This document shows positions 1 through 10,219 of a stretch of DNA of 64,000 nucleotides, piece by piece. Within the stretch, counting starts at the first letter, position 1; the number at the start of each line of letters is the position of its first letter. The stretch spans positions 69,867-133,866 of the forward strand of contig JBAYIT010000002.1 of assembly GCA_041665485.1 (NCBI GenBank). The letters are read 5' to 3'. This stretch comes from Candidatus Shapirobacteria bacterium (lineage in GTDB: Bacteria > Patescibacteriota > Microgenomatia > UBA12405). Made by a program: the position numbers and the translations under genes. The notes beneath the pieces were generated by a model. That model was given only the letters and a program-made list of their open reading frames with translations, searched no databases and was not told the origin of the DNA.

Positions 1-67
1 AATTATAATTTCATCACAATTTAAAAACCTCTGTCACGGCCTAAATAAAATTCCCAAAAATATATCT

Positions 68-691
68 TTGCTACTCTTTTTTCTTATTGGTCTTATGTCT
101 ATGATGGTAATTTTTAACGGTCAATTTTTTCTTTTACATGTTAGTAACATTATTCCTCTTTACCGAGACAATCAATACTATCTTGATAATATTTTATCCA
201 TTGGCTACATGTTACTTGTATTCTCGGTATTTTCCATCATTTATATTTTATTTTTTAAATCAAAACATAACTTTATTTTAATTATTATTCTACCTTTCAC
301 TATTATTTTTTCCTTTTTTTACAATTTAAATTTTGGATTCCTTAATACTTACAAATACGCCCTCTCTGGTCTGGACATAAAACTTGAAAATATTAAAAGC
401 GATCAGGATTATTTTAAAAATCTCAATTTTCTTAATTGGCAAATTTCTAATGAAGGTCCTTCTATAAAAACATACACTTGTAAGATCAATGGTAATGGAG
501 TGTTTATGTATGCCAACTACATCTCAATTGATCAGCTGGCAATTAATCAATGTCAGATCTCAGATCCTATCAAAGATAAGGGATTATATTTTTCCCAAAT
601 GGACGGATTAGAGATATCTCCCGAACTTTCAGCTAAAGTTAGAACCCTATTTCTTCAGGGAAATTACGGCATATATCAGTTAACTGATTAA
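68..691 (+). CDS. hypothetical membrane protein (N-terminal TM helices); overlaps end of convergent GT gene
   Basis: 207-aa ORF with hydrophobic N-terminus and Asn/Tyr-rich remainder. No recognisable motif. Confidence 0.3.
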   Translation: MLLFFLIGLMSMMVIFNGQFFLLHVSNIIPLYRDNQYYLDNILSIGYMLLVFSVFSIIYILFFKSKHNFILIIILPFTIIFSFFYNLNFGFLNTYKYALSGLDIKLENIKSDQDYFKNLNFLNWQISNEGPSIKTYTCKINGNGVFMYANYISIDQLAINQCQISDPIKDKGLYFSQMDGLEISPELSAKVRTLFLQGNYGIYQLTD

Positions 692-1867
692 CTTTTTATA
701 GACTTCGATTACTTGTTTTGTCGTTTTCTTCAAGTCATAGTTTTGAACAATTTTTTTCCTGGAGTTTGAATAAAATTCTATTTTTTGTTTTGAGCTAAAT
801 GTTAATAACATATTCAAATTTTTAACCACATCATTTATATCACCATAGCTAGACAGAAATCCATTTACTTTGTTGTCAACAATCTCGCCAACTCCGCCCA
901 CATCAAAAGCCACTACAGACGTACCACATGCCATTGATTCTATTGCCATATTGGGTAAATTCTCGTTTTTTGAACACATCAAAAACACGTCGCTGGCACT
1001 ATATATCTCCCTCATTCTATCTTCATCATCAATATACCCTAAATACAAAAGTCTTTTACCACTTTTTTCAAAGACTTTTTTAACCTTATCTTTATCCCCT
1101 TTGCCAACAGCCACCACCACAATATCTTTCTTTATTTTAGACAATATCTTAACTGCTAAATTTATGTTTTTATTTTTATCACCATTTGCAAATGCCGCTC
1201 CAACTAATACCACCAAGACGTCCGGCTTCAAACCCAACTTACTTTTTGCCACTTTCTTGTCCTCGGGATAATATTTCTTTAAGTCAATTCCATTGGGGAG
1301 ATAAACAATTTCCCTGCCCTCAGTTAAACAACTTTGTTCCGCCTTTTTCTTAAGCCACCTACTCGGAGATACAAAGACCATTTTTTTAATTTTCTGATAA
1401 GTTTTTGTTTTTCTTTCCCATAACCATCTATTTAGGCTGAATTTACTCTCACTTTTGTACCCCTCTTTATACTTGTTATCATTACTATGATGTTCAGCAC
1501 CACAAAAGGGCCACATATCATGCATTGTCCAAACAGTCGGTTTGTTAAACTCTGCTAAATCCTCTGGTTTCAGTAGTGCCCCATTAATCCAATGTAAGTG
1601 AACTATATCAGGATTAAATTCCTTTATTTCATCGTTTATTCCTATTGAAAACAAAGCCGGGGAATAAAAGATGCCTTTATCAACCCTCAATACCCTTAAA
1701 AACAGTTGTTCTACTAAGAAAATCACAGAAGCAATCTTTCCTTTACCATAATTATTAACAGTTACGCGCTTTACTTCCAAACCCTCTCTAGTCAACTGAG
1801 TCTCAAGTCTGTTTACGGCCACCGCCGCCCCACCTAGCTTGGTTGCATTAACTATAAGTATTTTCAT
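680..1867 (-). CDS. glycosyltransferase, GT-B fold (GT4/family 1-like)
   Basis: 395 aa. N-terminal MKILIVNATKLGGAAV matches the GT4 N-domain. The C-terminal E-x7-E region (NENLPNMAIESMACGTSVVAFDVGG) is typical of retaining GT4 enzymes. Confidence 0.75.
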   Translation of the reverse strand: MKILIVNATKLGGAAVAVNRLETQLTREGLEVKRVTVNNYGKGKIASVIFLVEQLFLRVLRVDKGIFYSPALFSIGINDEIKEFNPDIVHLHWINGALLKPEDLAEFNKPTVWTMHDMWPFCGAEHHSNDNKYKEGYKSESKFSLNRWLWERKTKTYQKIKKMVFVSPSRWLKKKAEQSCLTEGREIVYLPNGIDLKKYYPEDKKVAKSKLGLKPDVLVVLVGAAFANGDKNKNINLAVKILSKIKKDIVVVAVGKGDKDKVKKVFEKSGKRLLYLGYIDDEDRMREIYSASDVFLMCSKNENLPNMAIESMACGTSVVAFDVGGVGEIVDNKVNGFLSSYGDINDVVKNLNMLLTFSSKQKIEFYSNSRKKIVQNYDLKKTTKQVIEVYKKLIS

Positions 1868-2881
1868 TTACAAGTGTCTTCGGAACCTGTAAATCGTATC
1901 AAATATAAAACAAAAATTTGTAGCATATAGCTTAATTAACTCAACTATCTTTAAAGACAATCCTAGTTGACTATTAATTATTAACTGCAATAACTTATAA
2001 GCTTTATCGTTACGAATATCGTTTCTTTCTTTTAAACCCAGCTTATGTTTTTCTAAGAACAATCTCTCAAGATCTCTGATTGTCTCATTAACTAATTGGT
2101 ATTCGTCTTTAGTTTCGGTCTTTAGGGTTCTTAGTTTTTCTACCAACTTTAACCCTAAATCCAAACCAACATTATCTTTTATGTATTTTTGTTCAATTAA
2201 ATCAGTATTGTTTATATGGCCGTCAAAATTTATTATTGTTAAGTTTTTTCCATGCTTCCTTAACTTCAATAATGGTTCTTGTATGTTGCTCGCTTTCGAT
2301 ATCTTCAAAACTTTTCCCCATAAGTCATAATCTTCCCCGGAAAATTTCTCTCTGCCTTCAATTGTTTTTGAACCATAGCCTCCTGTCTTTTCTATAATAG
2401 CTTTTCTCATCATCACCGATGGATGGGCCAACGGAGACTGAAACATCATATTCCACCTAATAAGCCAATCGTTTTTAGGATAATAATAGTTATCGACAAA
2501 CTTTCCGTCGGCATCAATCACTTTGCAGTTAGATCCCACCAGCCCAACATCAGCATGCAATTCCAGATACTTATACTGTTCATCCAATCGGCAATCCTCA
2601 GAAATATCGTCTCCGTCCATCCTAGCAATATATTTCCCCTTAGCCAAGGTTATTCCTTCGTTTAAGGTCGCCACCAACTTCATATTCTTTTTGTGTTGAA
2701 CAATTCTTATTCTTTTATCTCCATATGATTTCAATATTTTTTCAGTTTCATCTTTCGATCCGTCATCAATGATTAAAAACTCAAAATCCCTGTAAGTCTG
2801 CCTTAAGATACTTTCAACGGCCTCTCTTAAATATTTCTCGCCATTATATACCGGCATTAAAACCGTAACCTTAGGATTCAT
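1868..2881 (-). CDS. glycosyltransferase family 2 (GT-A fold)
   Basis: N-terminal VTVLMPVYNGEKYLREAVESILRQTY..FEFLIIDDGSKDET is the classic GT2 signature, with DGD/DxD downstream. Stop and start abut the neighbouring genes, suggesting an operon. Confidence 0.75.
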   Translation of the reverse strand: MNPKVTVLMPVYNGEKYLREAVESILRQTYRDFEFLIIDDGSKDETEKILKSYGDKRIRIVQHKKNMKLVATLNEGITLAKGKYIARMDGDDISEDCRLDEQYKYLELHADVGLVGSNCKVIDADGKFVDNYYYPKNDWLIRWNMMFQSPLAHPSVMMRKAIIEKTGGYGSKTIEGREKFSGEDYDLWGKVLKISKASNIQEPLLKLRKHGKNLTIINFDGHINNTDLIEQKYIKDNVGLDLGLKLVEKLRTLKTETKDEYQLVNETIRDLERLFLEKHKLGLKERNDIRNDKAYKLLQLIINSQLGLSLKIVELIKLYATNFCFIFDTIYRFRRHL

Positions 2882-3929
2882 TTAGCAACTTTTCAAAAAT
2901 ATTTTCATGTTTTTTGAGCCACAAGTTCACTTCAAAGATATTTTTAATTCTCTTTACGCATGCTTTCGAATATTTATGGTAATTTTTAGTTAATTTTAAA
3001 ACACTATCCATAATTTCTTTAAAAGTTGGATAATACATTTTTTCATAACTCTGTGTGATCGGTATCAATATGCCGCCATCATTTCCTACCAGTTCTCGCA
3101 AACCTCCACTTGCTCCAGCCACCACTGGTACACCAACACTCATCGCTTCTAAAGGAACTGTCGGACAAGAATCATTATATTGCAAATGAATTAATATATC
3201 AGCCTTTTTGTAAATAATCGGAGCTTCCTTTTGGTTATATGGTCCCAAAATTTCCACCTTTTTGTCTAAACCAAGTTCTTTAACTTTCTCTCTCGTTTCA
3301 TTTTCACCATTACTCCAAACTAACCCTCCGCCGATAATTAATTTGGCCTCATGTCCACTTTTTATCATCTCTGATAAAACCTTAATTGGTCCCAAAACTC
3401 TTTCTTTAAAATAATGAGTACCCATAACCAACATGGTTATTATATTTTTATTTAAATCCAGTTTTTTGGCATTAAATAACTTACTATCCACACTGTTATA
3501 CACGACAGAACTCTCTTTTTCAAAGATTCCTATATAGATATCTGCACTTGTTTTACAAAACTTGCTCTGATAGATTACATAATCTGACTGATGCATGAAT
3601 TCCGACATTTGTCGATTAATACTTTCCGCCCTCTCTCCAGCCCAAGCTGGATAAGCCACTCCGTTTTGATTCCAGACAATTTTTGCTCCAATTTTTTTTG
3701 CCTTATTTATCCACTCTTGTACCTCAAATGGCAAATAACTACTGACCAAATAAAGGATATTGAAATTTTTTTTATTCTCCGGATACTTTTTATTTAAATG
3801 CAAAAGTTTTACACCACCACCATAAATTTTATTTTTATTAATCACCCCTCCATAGCATAAACTTATGCCTTCCTTGCAATAAGTTGCCGTTTGCCACCTA
3901 ATTTGATATTTTTTGAAAATATTTTTCAT
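2871..3929 (-). CDS. glycosyltransferase, GT4-like
   Basis: 352 aa. C-terminal PLEAMSVGVPVVAGASGGLRELV is the GT4 nucleotide-sugar binding motif. Confidence 0.7.
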   Translation of the reverse strand: MKNIFKKYQIRWQTATYCKEGISLCYGGVINKNKIYGGGVKLLHLNKKYPENKKNFNILYLVSSYLPFEVQEWINKAKKIGAKIVWNQNGVAYPAWAGERAESINRQMSEFMHQSDYVIYQSKFCKTSADIYIGIFEKESSVVYNSVDSKLFNAKKLDLNKNIITMLVMGTHYFKERVLGPIKVLSEMIKSGHEAKLIIGGGLVWSNGENETREKVKELGLDKKVEILGPYNQKEAPIIYKKADILIHLQYNDSCPTVPLEAMSVGVPVVAGASGGLRELVGNDGGILIPITQSYEKMYYPTFKEIMDSVLKLTKNYHKYSKACVKRIKNIFEVNLWLKKHENIFEKLLNES

Positions 3930-4891
3930 TGATCTAAAAGTATTTTTAAATATTTACCACCCACTTCTTTCATATCAGCTACTTTTATATTTTTTTGATA
4001 TTTATCATAATTCAGTACTATTTCTTCAATTGCTCCCAGAGATTTTTCTTTTGTCTTAAATCCAACTCCACCTTTATTCACCAGTTCTGGATGCCCTCCA
4101 GACTCCAAAAACACTGCCGGTAAACCACATGACAACGCTTCAATCAGAGCATTCGAGCAAGGATCATCCTCCGAAGCCGTTATATAAATATCATGATCTC
4201 TTAATATATTTCCCAGCTCTTCTGAAGCCACCGGCTGAATATGTCTTATTTTTTTAAACTCTATCTGGCTTCTCCCCACAAAAGTAAACTCGTACTTATT
4301 CCAATCCAGATTCTCCTCAATCCATTTATATGTTGCTCCACCTTTTTTTGGGTTGTCAGACCAACTAGTAGCGATAATTTTTACTTTTTTATTGAGATAC
4401 TTATCTTCAAGTTTATAAAAATATCTCGAATCAACAGCATTCGTTATTATTGAAGGGTTGATGAACTTCAGCCCCAGTTCTAAATTTTTTTTATAACTAT
4501 AATTTGATTGGAATACCGTCGCGCCAGCAAACTCTAAATTAAGATTAAGCAACTCCTGATCGATACCTGAATTGTCTCCTCGATAAATCCCAACTGGGCC
4601 ATCAACCCGATGAATTATCCTCAAGCCAGGAAAATGTTTTTTATAAGCTCTTAGCTTTCTTACATTAAACAAGAAGGCATTTAATAGCACAGCCTTGGTC
4701 CTTCTACTTACACGATTTTTACCTACCGATATACCGTTTTTTTTGTATTCTTCAAACAAGGCATTCATGAAGGTATTTGAGCCACCATAAGGCCCTTTTA
4801 CAAATTCATGAAAGAAAACTATTTCGTTTCCCAACAGCCAATTTCTAATGTTTTCAATTAACATTTGCATTTTTAACCAATAAATCACCAA
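3926..4891 (-). CDS. glycosyltransferase, GT4-like (start uncertain, may be an internal Met)
   Basis: C-terminal NALIEALSCGLPAVFLESGGHPELV is a GT4 motif. The N-terminus overlaps the upstream gene by 38 nt, so the true start is probably the Met at residue 8-10. Confidence 0.65.
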   Translation of the reverse strand: MVIYWLKMQMLIENIRNWLLGNEIVFFHEFVKGPYGGSNTFMNALFEEYKKNGISVGKNRVSRRTKAVLLNAFLFNVRKLRAYKKHFPGLRIIHRVDGPVGIYRGDNSGIDQELLNLNLEFAGATVFQSNYSYKKNLELGLKFINPSIITNAVDSRYFYKLEDKYLNKKVKIIATSWSDNPKKGGATYKWIEENLDWNKYEFTFVGRSQIEFKKIRHIQPVASEELGNILRDHDIYITASEDDPCSNALIEALSCGLPAVFLESGGHPELVNKGGVGFKTKEKSLGAIEEIVLNYDKYQKNIKVADMKEVGGKYLKILLDQ

Positions 4892-5921
4892 ACAACTTCC
4901 TGTATCTTTTAGATATCACCTCTACCGAATACTTTTTCACAACAGTATCCCTCGCTTTTCCCCCCATTCTTTTCATAAGAGAATCATTTGTTATTAATTT
5001 TTCCAACGCGTCCACCCAGTCATCCTCAGTCGACGCAATTATTCCACCTCCTAAAAATCCGATCGCTTCTTTGTATGATCCTTGAGGTGAAGCTACAGCA
5101 GGCAGTCCCAATGCCATTCCCAAAGTAATCTTATACTCAGTATGACCCATTTCATAGGCATTACTTAACTTTTTGGGAGAGATGATAATATTGCTCTTTT
5201 TTAATTCTCGCAGATAGTTTTGATGACTAAACTCGACCCATTCACATTCCATAAACTTTTGAAAAACACCCATAATTTCCGGCCTTTCATCTGATACTAA
5301 AATCAACTTCAAACGATATTTTTCAGATAACTTCTTCAGAACATCTACAACTATCTCTAAATGAGCCGATTTTTTAGCCACACCACTCCAGACTAAATTT
5401 ACAGAATTATCAACAACGTAATTTATTCTACCCTTGTAAAAATTCATATCTACAGCATCGGGAATCATCACAACGTTGTTGTTATATTTTCTAACTACTG
5501 AAGCTATATAACTAGAATCAGCAATAACCACATCACAAATAGAAGCCATAGCAATAGCATCTCTATTCTGTTCGTAAGTAGGTTTTGTTCCAGGAACAAA
5601 ATAGTCTCCCCATACCTCAAAATAATTTACATTCGCGTCAAAGATCGTCATACTTCCATATTTTTTGATCTTCCTCGCTTCAACTTGACACTTCTCGTCC
5701 ATCATTTTTACAAATATTACAATATCGTACTTTTTTTTCGGATCATAAACCTCGTTCTTATATTCACTATTTTTATTTAACCATAGGGCTATATTTTTAC
5801 ACCTAACCTCCGACACCACCCCCTTGTAACCATATTGTTCAAGTTTTCTTTTTCCACCTACAAATGACTCATATGTTACCCAGCCAATTTTCCCCATCGA
5901 TTTCTTAAACCATACTATCAT
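4854..5921 (-). CDS. glycosyltransferase, GT-B fold (GT4-like)
   Basis: 355 aa. C-terminal EYKITLGMALGLPAVASPQGSYKEAIG is GT4-like. Confidence 0.6.
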   Translation of the reverse strand: MIVWFKKSMGKIGWVTYESFVGGKRKLEQYGYKGVVSEVRCKNIALWLNKNSEYKNEVYDPKKKYDIVIFVKMMDEKCQVEARKIKKYGSMTIFDANVNYFEVWGDYFVPGTKPTYEQNRDAIAMASICDVVIADSSYIASVVRKYNNNVVMIPDAVDMNFYKGRINYVVDNSVNLVWSGVAKKSAHLEIVVDVLKKLSEKYRLKLILVSDERPEIMGVFQKFMECEWVEFSHQNYLRELKKSNIIISPKKLSNAYEMGHTEYKITLGMALGLPAVASPQGSYKEAIGFLGGGIIASTEDDWVDALEKLITNDSLMKRMGGKARDTVVKKYSVEVISKRYRKLFGDLLVKNANVN

Positions 5922-6565
5922 ACACTTTCAACCTCACTCCAAATTTCCCCCCAATTAATCTTGATTTCATTAACTCTCAATCCGGCTTTCTTAATTTCAC
6001 GTCTAAAAGACTCTTCAGTATATTCAATGTAATGCGTTGGATCAAGTCGGTAATCAATCCCCAAGTCTTTCATTAACGCCGTTTGCCAATCTCGGTTTAT
6101 CATAGGCACCCTAATTAACCACCTCTTTGGGTTTATCTGTTTTTGAACCTTTTTTAAAAAATCAACTCTATTTTCTAAATGTTCCAACACATTTGACATA
6201 ACAATAGTATCAATTTTTGTACTCGGTAAATATGCAAGAGCGTCACCCAACACATACTCAATATTTTTATGGGGATACCTTTTTACTGCTATGTTATAGT
6301 TTTGTTTTGAAAGCTCTATTCCAATAATTTTTGCTCCAACCCTTGTCGCCATGTCATAATCAAGAAATCCGTTACCACAGCCAATATCTAGCACTATTTC
6401 ATTCTTCTTTAACTTATTACAGAAAAAATCATGATATTTGGTCAATCGGTGCTTTACATGCATTCCTTTATCCAAATTAAGACATTCATTATCTATCATC
6501 CTATCAAAGAAAAGCCTTACTCGAAACATCAATCTCAAACTTCTTTTTGTGTCAATAAATAGCAT
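5918..6565 (-). CDS. class I SAM-dependent methyltransferase
   Basis: VLDIGCGNGFL is the motif I glycine-rich loop. 215 aa. Last gene of a minus-strand GT operon. Confidence 0.7.
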   Translation of the reverse strand: MLFIDTKRSLRLMFRVRLFFDRMIDNECLNLDKGMHVKHRLTKYHDFFCNKLKKNEIVLDIGCGNGFLDYDMATRVGAKIIGIELSKQNYNIAVKRYPHKNIEYVLGDALAYLPSTKIDTIVMSNVLEHLENRVDFLKKVQKQINPKRWLIRVPMINRDWQTALMKDLGIDYRLDPTHYIEYTEESFRREIKKAGLRVNEIKINWGEIWSEVESV

Positions 6566-6647
6566 ATAATTACATCAGTATTATATCCTGTTTTAGAAGC
6601 GAATATAATATTAAAATACCGATTTTAAATTTCAAGAAAAACTCATC

Positions 6648-7619
6648 ATGAAACAACTGAATTTAAACAACGAGAAAGATTCAAAAGAATTTTACGAATC
6701 TCGTTATTCTAAAAATTACATGGACGATTGGCCGATTGAAGAAAAATTAAGAATTATTGAAATAATTAAACTTCTAAATTTTCCCGAGAAAGGCCAAGCT
6801 TTAGATTTCGGTTGCGGTCAGGGAATCTTTAGTGATGTTTTAAAACACGTTCTTCCCAATTGGACTATATGTGGCTGTGATATTAGTGAAACGGCTATCC
6901 AAATTGCTTCAAAAAGATTTCCGAAATGTAAATTTTTCACAAATAACGACCAGAAATACGCCTTAAAAAAGTTTGATTTTGTTTTTACCCACCATGTCCT
7001 AGAACACGTTTTTAACATAAAGGACTTGGTCAATCAAATTAATGGAAGATTAAAAGAAAAATCTTCAATGCTTCATATATTCCCCTGTGGAAATCCCGAT
7101 AGTTACGAATATAAATTATGTGCACTTAGATCCGATGGAATTAACGTTAACCGGGAAAATCGTTTTTATTACGAGGATGAAGGGCACGTTCGTCGCCTGA
7201 CAACCAATCAATGTGAAATCTTATTTAAAGAATTTAATTATACCCTGAAACACGACTATTACTGTTACCAACATTTTGGAGCCATAAACTGGATTAGCTT
7301 GTCTCATCCAGTTCTAATACTAAAAATGTTCAATCCTATCAAGGGTAAAGATGTAAAAGCAAAATTTACGCTAACTCTTCTGTTAATAAAAATGCTTTTC
7401 GTCTCAGCCGTAAGAATTTTAGCCAAAGAATATAAAAGATCAGCTTCATTTTTTACCTATCTATTTTATCTACCTTCAAAACTATTTATACCTTTTGACA
7501 ATTATTTTACAAGAAAAGCCCTAAACGAATGGAATAAAAGTAAAACCAAAAAAAACGGTAGTGAAATGTATCTTTTTTTTGTGAGGCAAAACAATCTCTT
7601 ACAACCATCAAAAAATTAG
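6648..7619 (+). CDS. class I SAM-dependent methyltransferase with C-terminal membrane-associated extension
   Basis: ALDFGCGQGIFS motif I. 323 aa with a hydrophobic C-terminal tail. Confidence 0.65.
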   Translation: MKQLNLNNEKDSKEFYESRYSKNYMDDWPIEEKLRIIEIIKLLNFPEKGQALDFGCGQGIFSDVLKHVLPNWTICGCDISETAIQIASKRFPKCKFFTNNDQKYALKKFDFVFTHHVLEHVFNIKDLVNQINGRLKEKSSMLHIFPCGNPDSYEYKLCALRSDGINVNRENRFYYEDEGHVRRLTTNQCEILFKEFNYTLKHDYYCYQHFGAINWISLSHPVLILKMFNPIKGKDVKAKFTLTLLLIKMLFVSAVRILAKEYKRSASFFTYLFYLPSKLFIPFDNYFTRKALNEWNKSKTKKNGSEMYLFFVRQNNLLQPSKN

Positions 7620-7673
7620 CAGTAATACTAATAAAACCAACACAAGCTTTTCAACTCATTTAACTCTATCAAC

Positions 7674-8774
7674 ATGAAACAAACCACAATTAGTAATCAC
7701 AAAAACCTAGGCCTTGATATTGCTAGATGTGTTGCCATCCTGTTTGTACTTATCGCTCACGGTACACTTTTTTTCTGGAAATATAATACTAACTTAAACA
7801 ATTTAATAATGTTGGGGTTTTTTGGAGTAGAGATATTTTTCGCCTTAAGCGGATATTTAATTGGAGGAATCCTTTTAAAAGATGTCTTTAATTCTGATAA
7901 TTCAAAAAAAGTAAACTTATTTAGGTTCTATTTAAGACGATGGTTTCGCACCTTACCGCTATATTACATTGTAGTCTTTGTGCTATTTTTGAAAAACAGA
8001 GACACCTTTACCTGGCAAAATTTACTATTTTTACAAAACTTTGACCATAAGTCGTTAAATTTTTTTGCCGTCTCTTGGTCACTTTCAATAGAAGAATGGT
8101 TTTATTTTTTTATTCCATTAGTCATATTCCTAGTTATTAAATCCACCCGAAAGACAAAGAGCTCCTTTCTTGGAGTTTGTCTGTTTTTTATCATATTTTC
8201 CCCAATAGCCAGAATATTATTAGTGACACTTTCAGACCCATCCTTTGATTTTGGTGTCAGAAAACAAATATTATTTCGTTTTGACGCCATGTCCTATGGT
8301 ATGTTATTCGCTGGTTTACGTCACTTTTATCCAAATATATTTAAAAACTTGGTAAAAGGAAAAATCTTTTTAATTACCAGTCTTGTTGGTTTTTTAATCA
8401 GCTTTATTTACTATGTTCCCATACAGTTCGGAAAATTTAATGAATTATTTTTTGCTCGTACACTATTTTTTAGTTTTGTAGCAATTAGTTCTAGTATATT
8501 TGTTGTTGGTCTAGAAAAAATTACCACTAACATCTCATCGAAAAATTTCTTCACAATATTGGTTTCTTTTGTTAGTTTAACTAGTTACTCGGCTTATCTT
8601 GTACACACAGAGGTTTTTTCACTATTTTTAAAAATTGATTCATCAACAAATAATATATTGATTTCCGGACTTACTTTTTTGTTTGCATTAATGGTTGTAT
8701 TTCTTATTTCTGGATTATCTTATAATTATTTCGAAAAATATTGGTTAAAATTACGAGATAAAATTACCAAATAA
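7674..8774 (+). CDS. acyltransferase family 3 (OafA/WecH-like O-acyltransferase) membrane protein
   Basis: About 10 TM segments. The N-terminal region (LDIARCVAILFVLIAHG...FFALSGYLIG) matches the Acyl_transf_3 conserved His/FF(x)SG pattern. Confidence 0.7.
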   Translation: MKQTTISNHKNLGLDIARCVAILFVLIAHGTLFFWKYNTNLNNLIMLGFFGVEIFFALSGYLIGGILLKDVFNSDNSKKVNLFRFYLRRWFRTLPLYYIVVFVLFLKNRDTFTWQNLLFLQNFDHKSLNFFAVSWSLSIEEWFYFFIPLVIFLVIKSTRKTKSSFLGVCLFFIIFSPIARILLVTLSDPSFDFGVRKQILFRFDAMSYGMLFAGLRHFYPNIFKNLVKGKIFLITSLVGFLISFIYYVPIQFGKFNELFFARTLFFSFVAISSSIFVVGLEKITTNISSKNFFTILVSFVSLTSYSAYLVHTEVFSLFLKIDSSTNNILISGLTFLFALMVVFLISGLSYNYFEKYWLKLRDKITK

Positions 8775-9598
8775 TGAACAATTCAAATCCAATCGTCACT
8801 GTTTTCATTGTCAACTACAATTCCGCTGATTTTATTGACATAAGTTTATACGCCTTATCAAAACTATCTGGCTACCCCTACAAAGTAGTCATTCGTGACA
8901 ACAACTCAAACTTAAGAGATTACCAAAAACTAGTAAATATCTGTCGCAAGTATCCAAACACAAAAGTTGTTCGTAGCCATACACCTCTTCGTGGCAGTCT
9001 AGCCCATGGAACTGCTTTAAATTATTTATGCAAAAATATCAACACTCCTTATTTTTCAATACTAGATGCCGATGCTATCTGGTTGATAAAAAACTGGGAT
9101 AAAATATTGATCAACAAACTTAACAAAAAAGTAAAAGCAATTGGTACCCAAGTAGCTCTAGACTCAAACAAACCAAAAGATTTTCCCATAATGTTTTCTA
9201 TCTTATTTGAGACAAAAACATTTAAAAATCTGAATATTGATTTCAGACCTGATAAATCCGACATAGTTAAAGACACCGGATACCAACTAAGAGAAAAATA
9301 TCTGTCAAATCATTTCTTAGGAAAAATTATTGAAATGAGAAACACCCGTGTTTACCATTCAGGTCCATTTAAAAATGTTATTTGTGCTGAATATTATTTA
9401 GACACTGATTATAATAATATTTTTTCTTCTCATTTTAGCCGAGGTTCTTCCTTGGGTAAAGCAAAATATATTAAAAATATGAGCATTATTAGTCCATACA
9501 GAATCCCATTTTTTGGAGATTACTTATTACAACTCAAGGGAATGATGGAAAAACATCATTGGATAAATATCTGTCGTAAAATTATCGACTCACAGTAA
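8774..9598 (+). CDS. glycosyltransferase family 2-like protein
   Basis: N-terminal IVTVFIVNYNSADFI...VVIRDNNS resembles the GT2 (NYN/DxS) pattern. 274 aa. Start overlaps the preceding stop (ATGA). Confidence 0.5.
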   Translation: MNNSNPIVTVFIVNYNSADFIDISLYALSKLSGYPYKVVIRDNNSNLRDYQKLVNICRKYPNTKVVRSHTPLRGSLAHGTALNYLCKNINTPYFSILDADAIWLIKNWDKILINKLNKKVKAIGTQVALDSNKPKDFPIMFSILFETKTFKNLNIDFRPDKSDIVKDTGYQLREKYLSNHFLGKIIEMRNTRVYHSGPFKNVICAEYYLDTDYNNIFSSHFSRGSSLGKAKYIKNMSIISPYRIPFFGDYLLQLKGMMEKHHWINICRKIIDSQ

Positions 9599-10219
9599 AT
9601 CACTCTTTACAGGTTTCATTACCACTTTAATACCATAACACGGGATAACAGATGAAAACAGTACTTCATATAACTCTTGGTAAATCATTTTTTTATTGAC
9701 AATCTTTTCCAATAAATTAAATAAATGTTTTATAACTGGAAAGTAAAATCCAAATGTCAATTTAATGCTACATATCTCAAACTTTTTTATTCCATAAAAT
9801 TCAGGTACTTTTCTGTATAGATTCTTAATACTATTTTTATTAGCATAGTAAAAAAAAGTGTAATATCCAAAATAACGTTTATGAGTCGGGTCAGAATAAA
9901 AATATGGATTTGAAAAATGTGGAACAAACAACTCCAAACTTCCGGATTTTTTTAAAACTCGATGAATTTCAAGAATCAACATGTCAAAATTCTCAATGTG
10001 CTCAAAAAAGCTTTTACATTTAATCAAGTCAACACTGTCGTCAGGCAAAAAACCCAAACCCTCTTCCAAATCAGATACAATATCCACCCCTTCCAAATCC
10101 AATCTATCTATACCTAAAAAATCATCTTTTCTTTTTACTCCACAACCCAATTCAATTGCTAAATACTTTCTCTGTTTAATGTTTTTTAACAGACCATTTT
10201 TGTCAATATATTTTTGCAT
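9590..10219 (-). CDS. class I SAM-dependent methyltransferase (Methyltransf_11-like)
   Basis: LAIELGCGVKRKDDFLGID..DIVSDLE motifs I/II. 209 aa. Overlaps the convergent + strand gene by 9 nt. Confidence 0.65.
   Translation of the reverse strand: MQKYIDKNGLLKNIKQRKYLAIELGCGVKRKDDFLGIDRLDLEGVDIVSDLEEGLGFLPDDSVDLIKCKSFFEHIENFDMLILEIHRVLKKSGSLELFVPHFSNPYFYSDPTHKRYFGYYTFFYYANKNSIKNLYRKVPEFYGIKKFEICSIKLTFGFYFPVIKHLFNLLEKIVNKKMIYQELYEVLFSSVIPCYGIKVVMKPVKSDLL

Noticed and set aside
870-1271. 133-aa + strand ORF (Thr/Ser/Pro-rich) antisense to the GT4 gene 680-1867
   Set aside because: It lies entirely within a well-supported minus-strand GT4 coding sequence and has a low-complexity composition. It is a typical antisense shadow ORF. 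The same reasoning applies to the other 60-120-aa antisense ORFs in the track (e.g. 2423-2665, 3591-3797, 13340-13579, 28939-29169, 35770-35985, 36285-36575, 38730-39092, 40671-41027, 50045-50536, 52956-53405, 60062-60914, 62587-62985).
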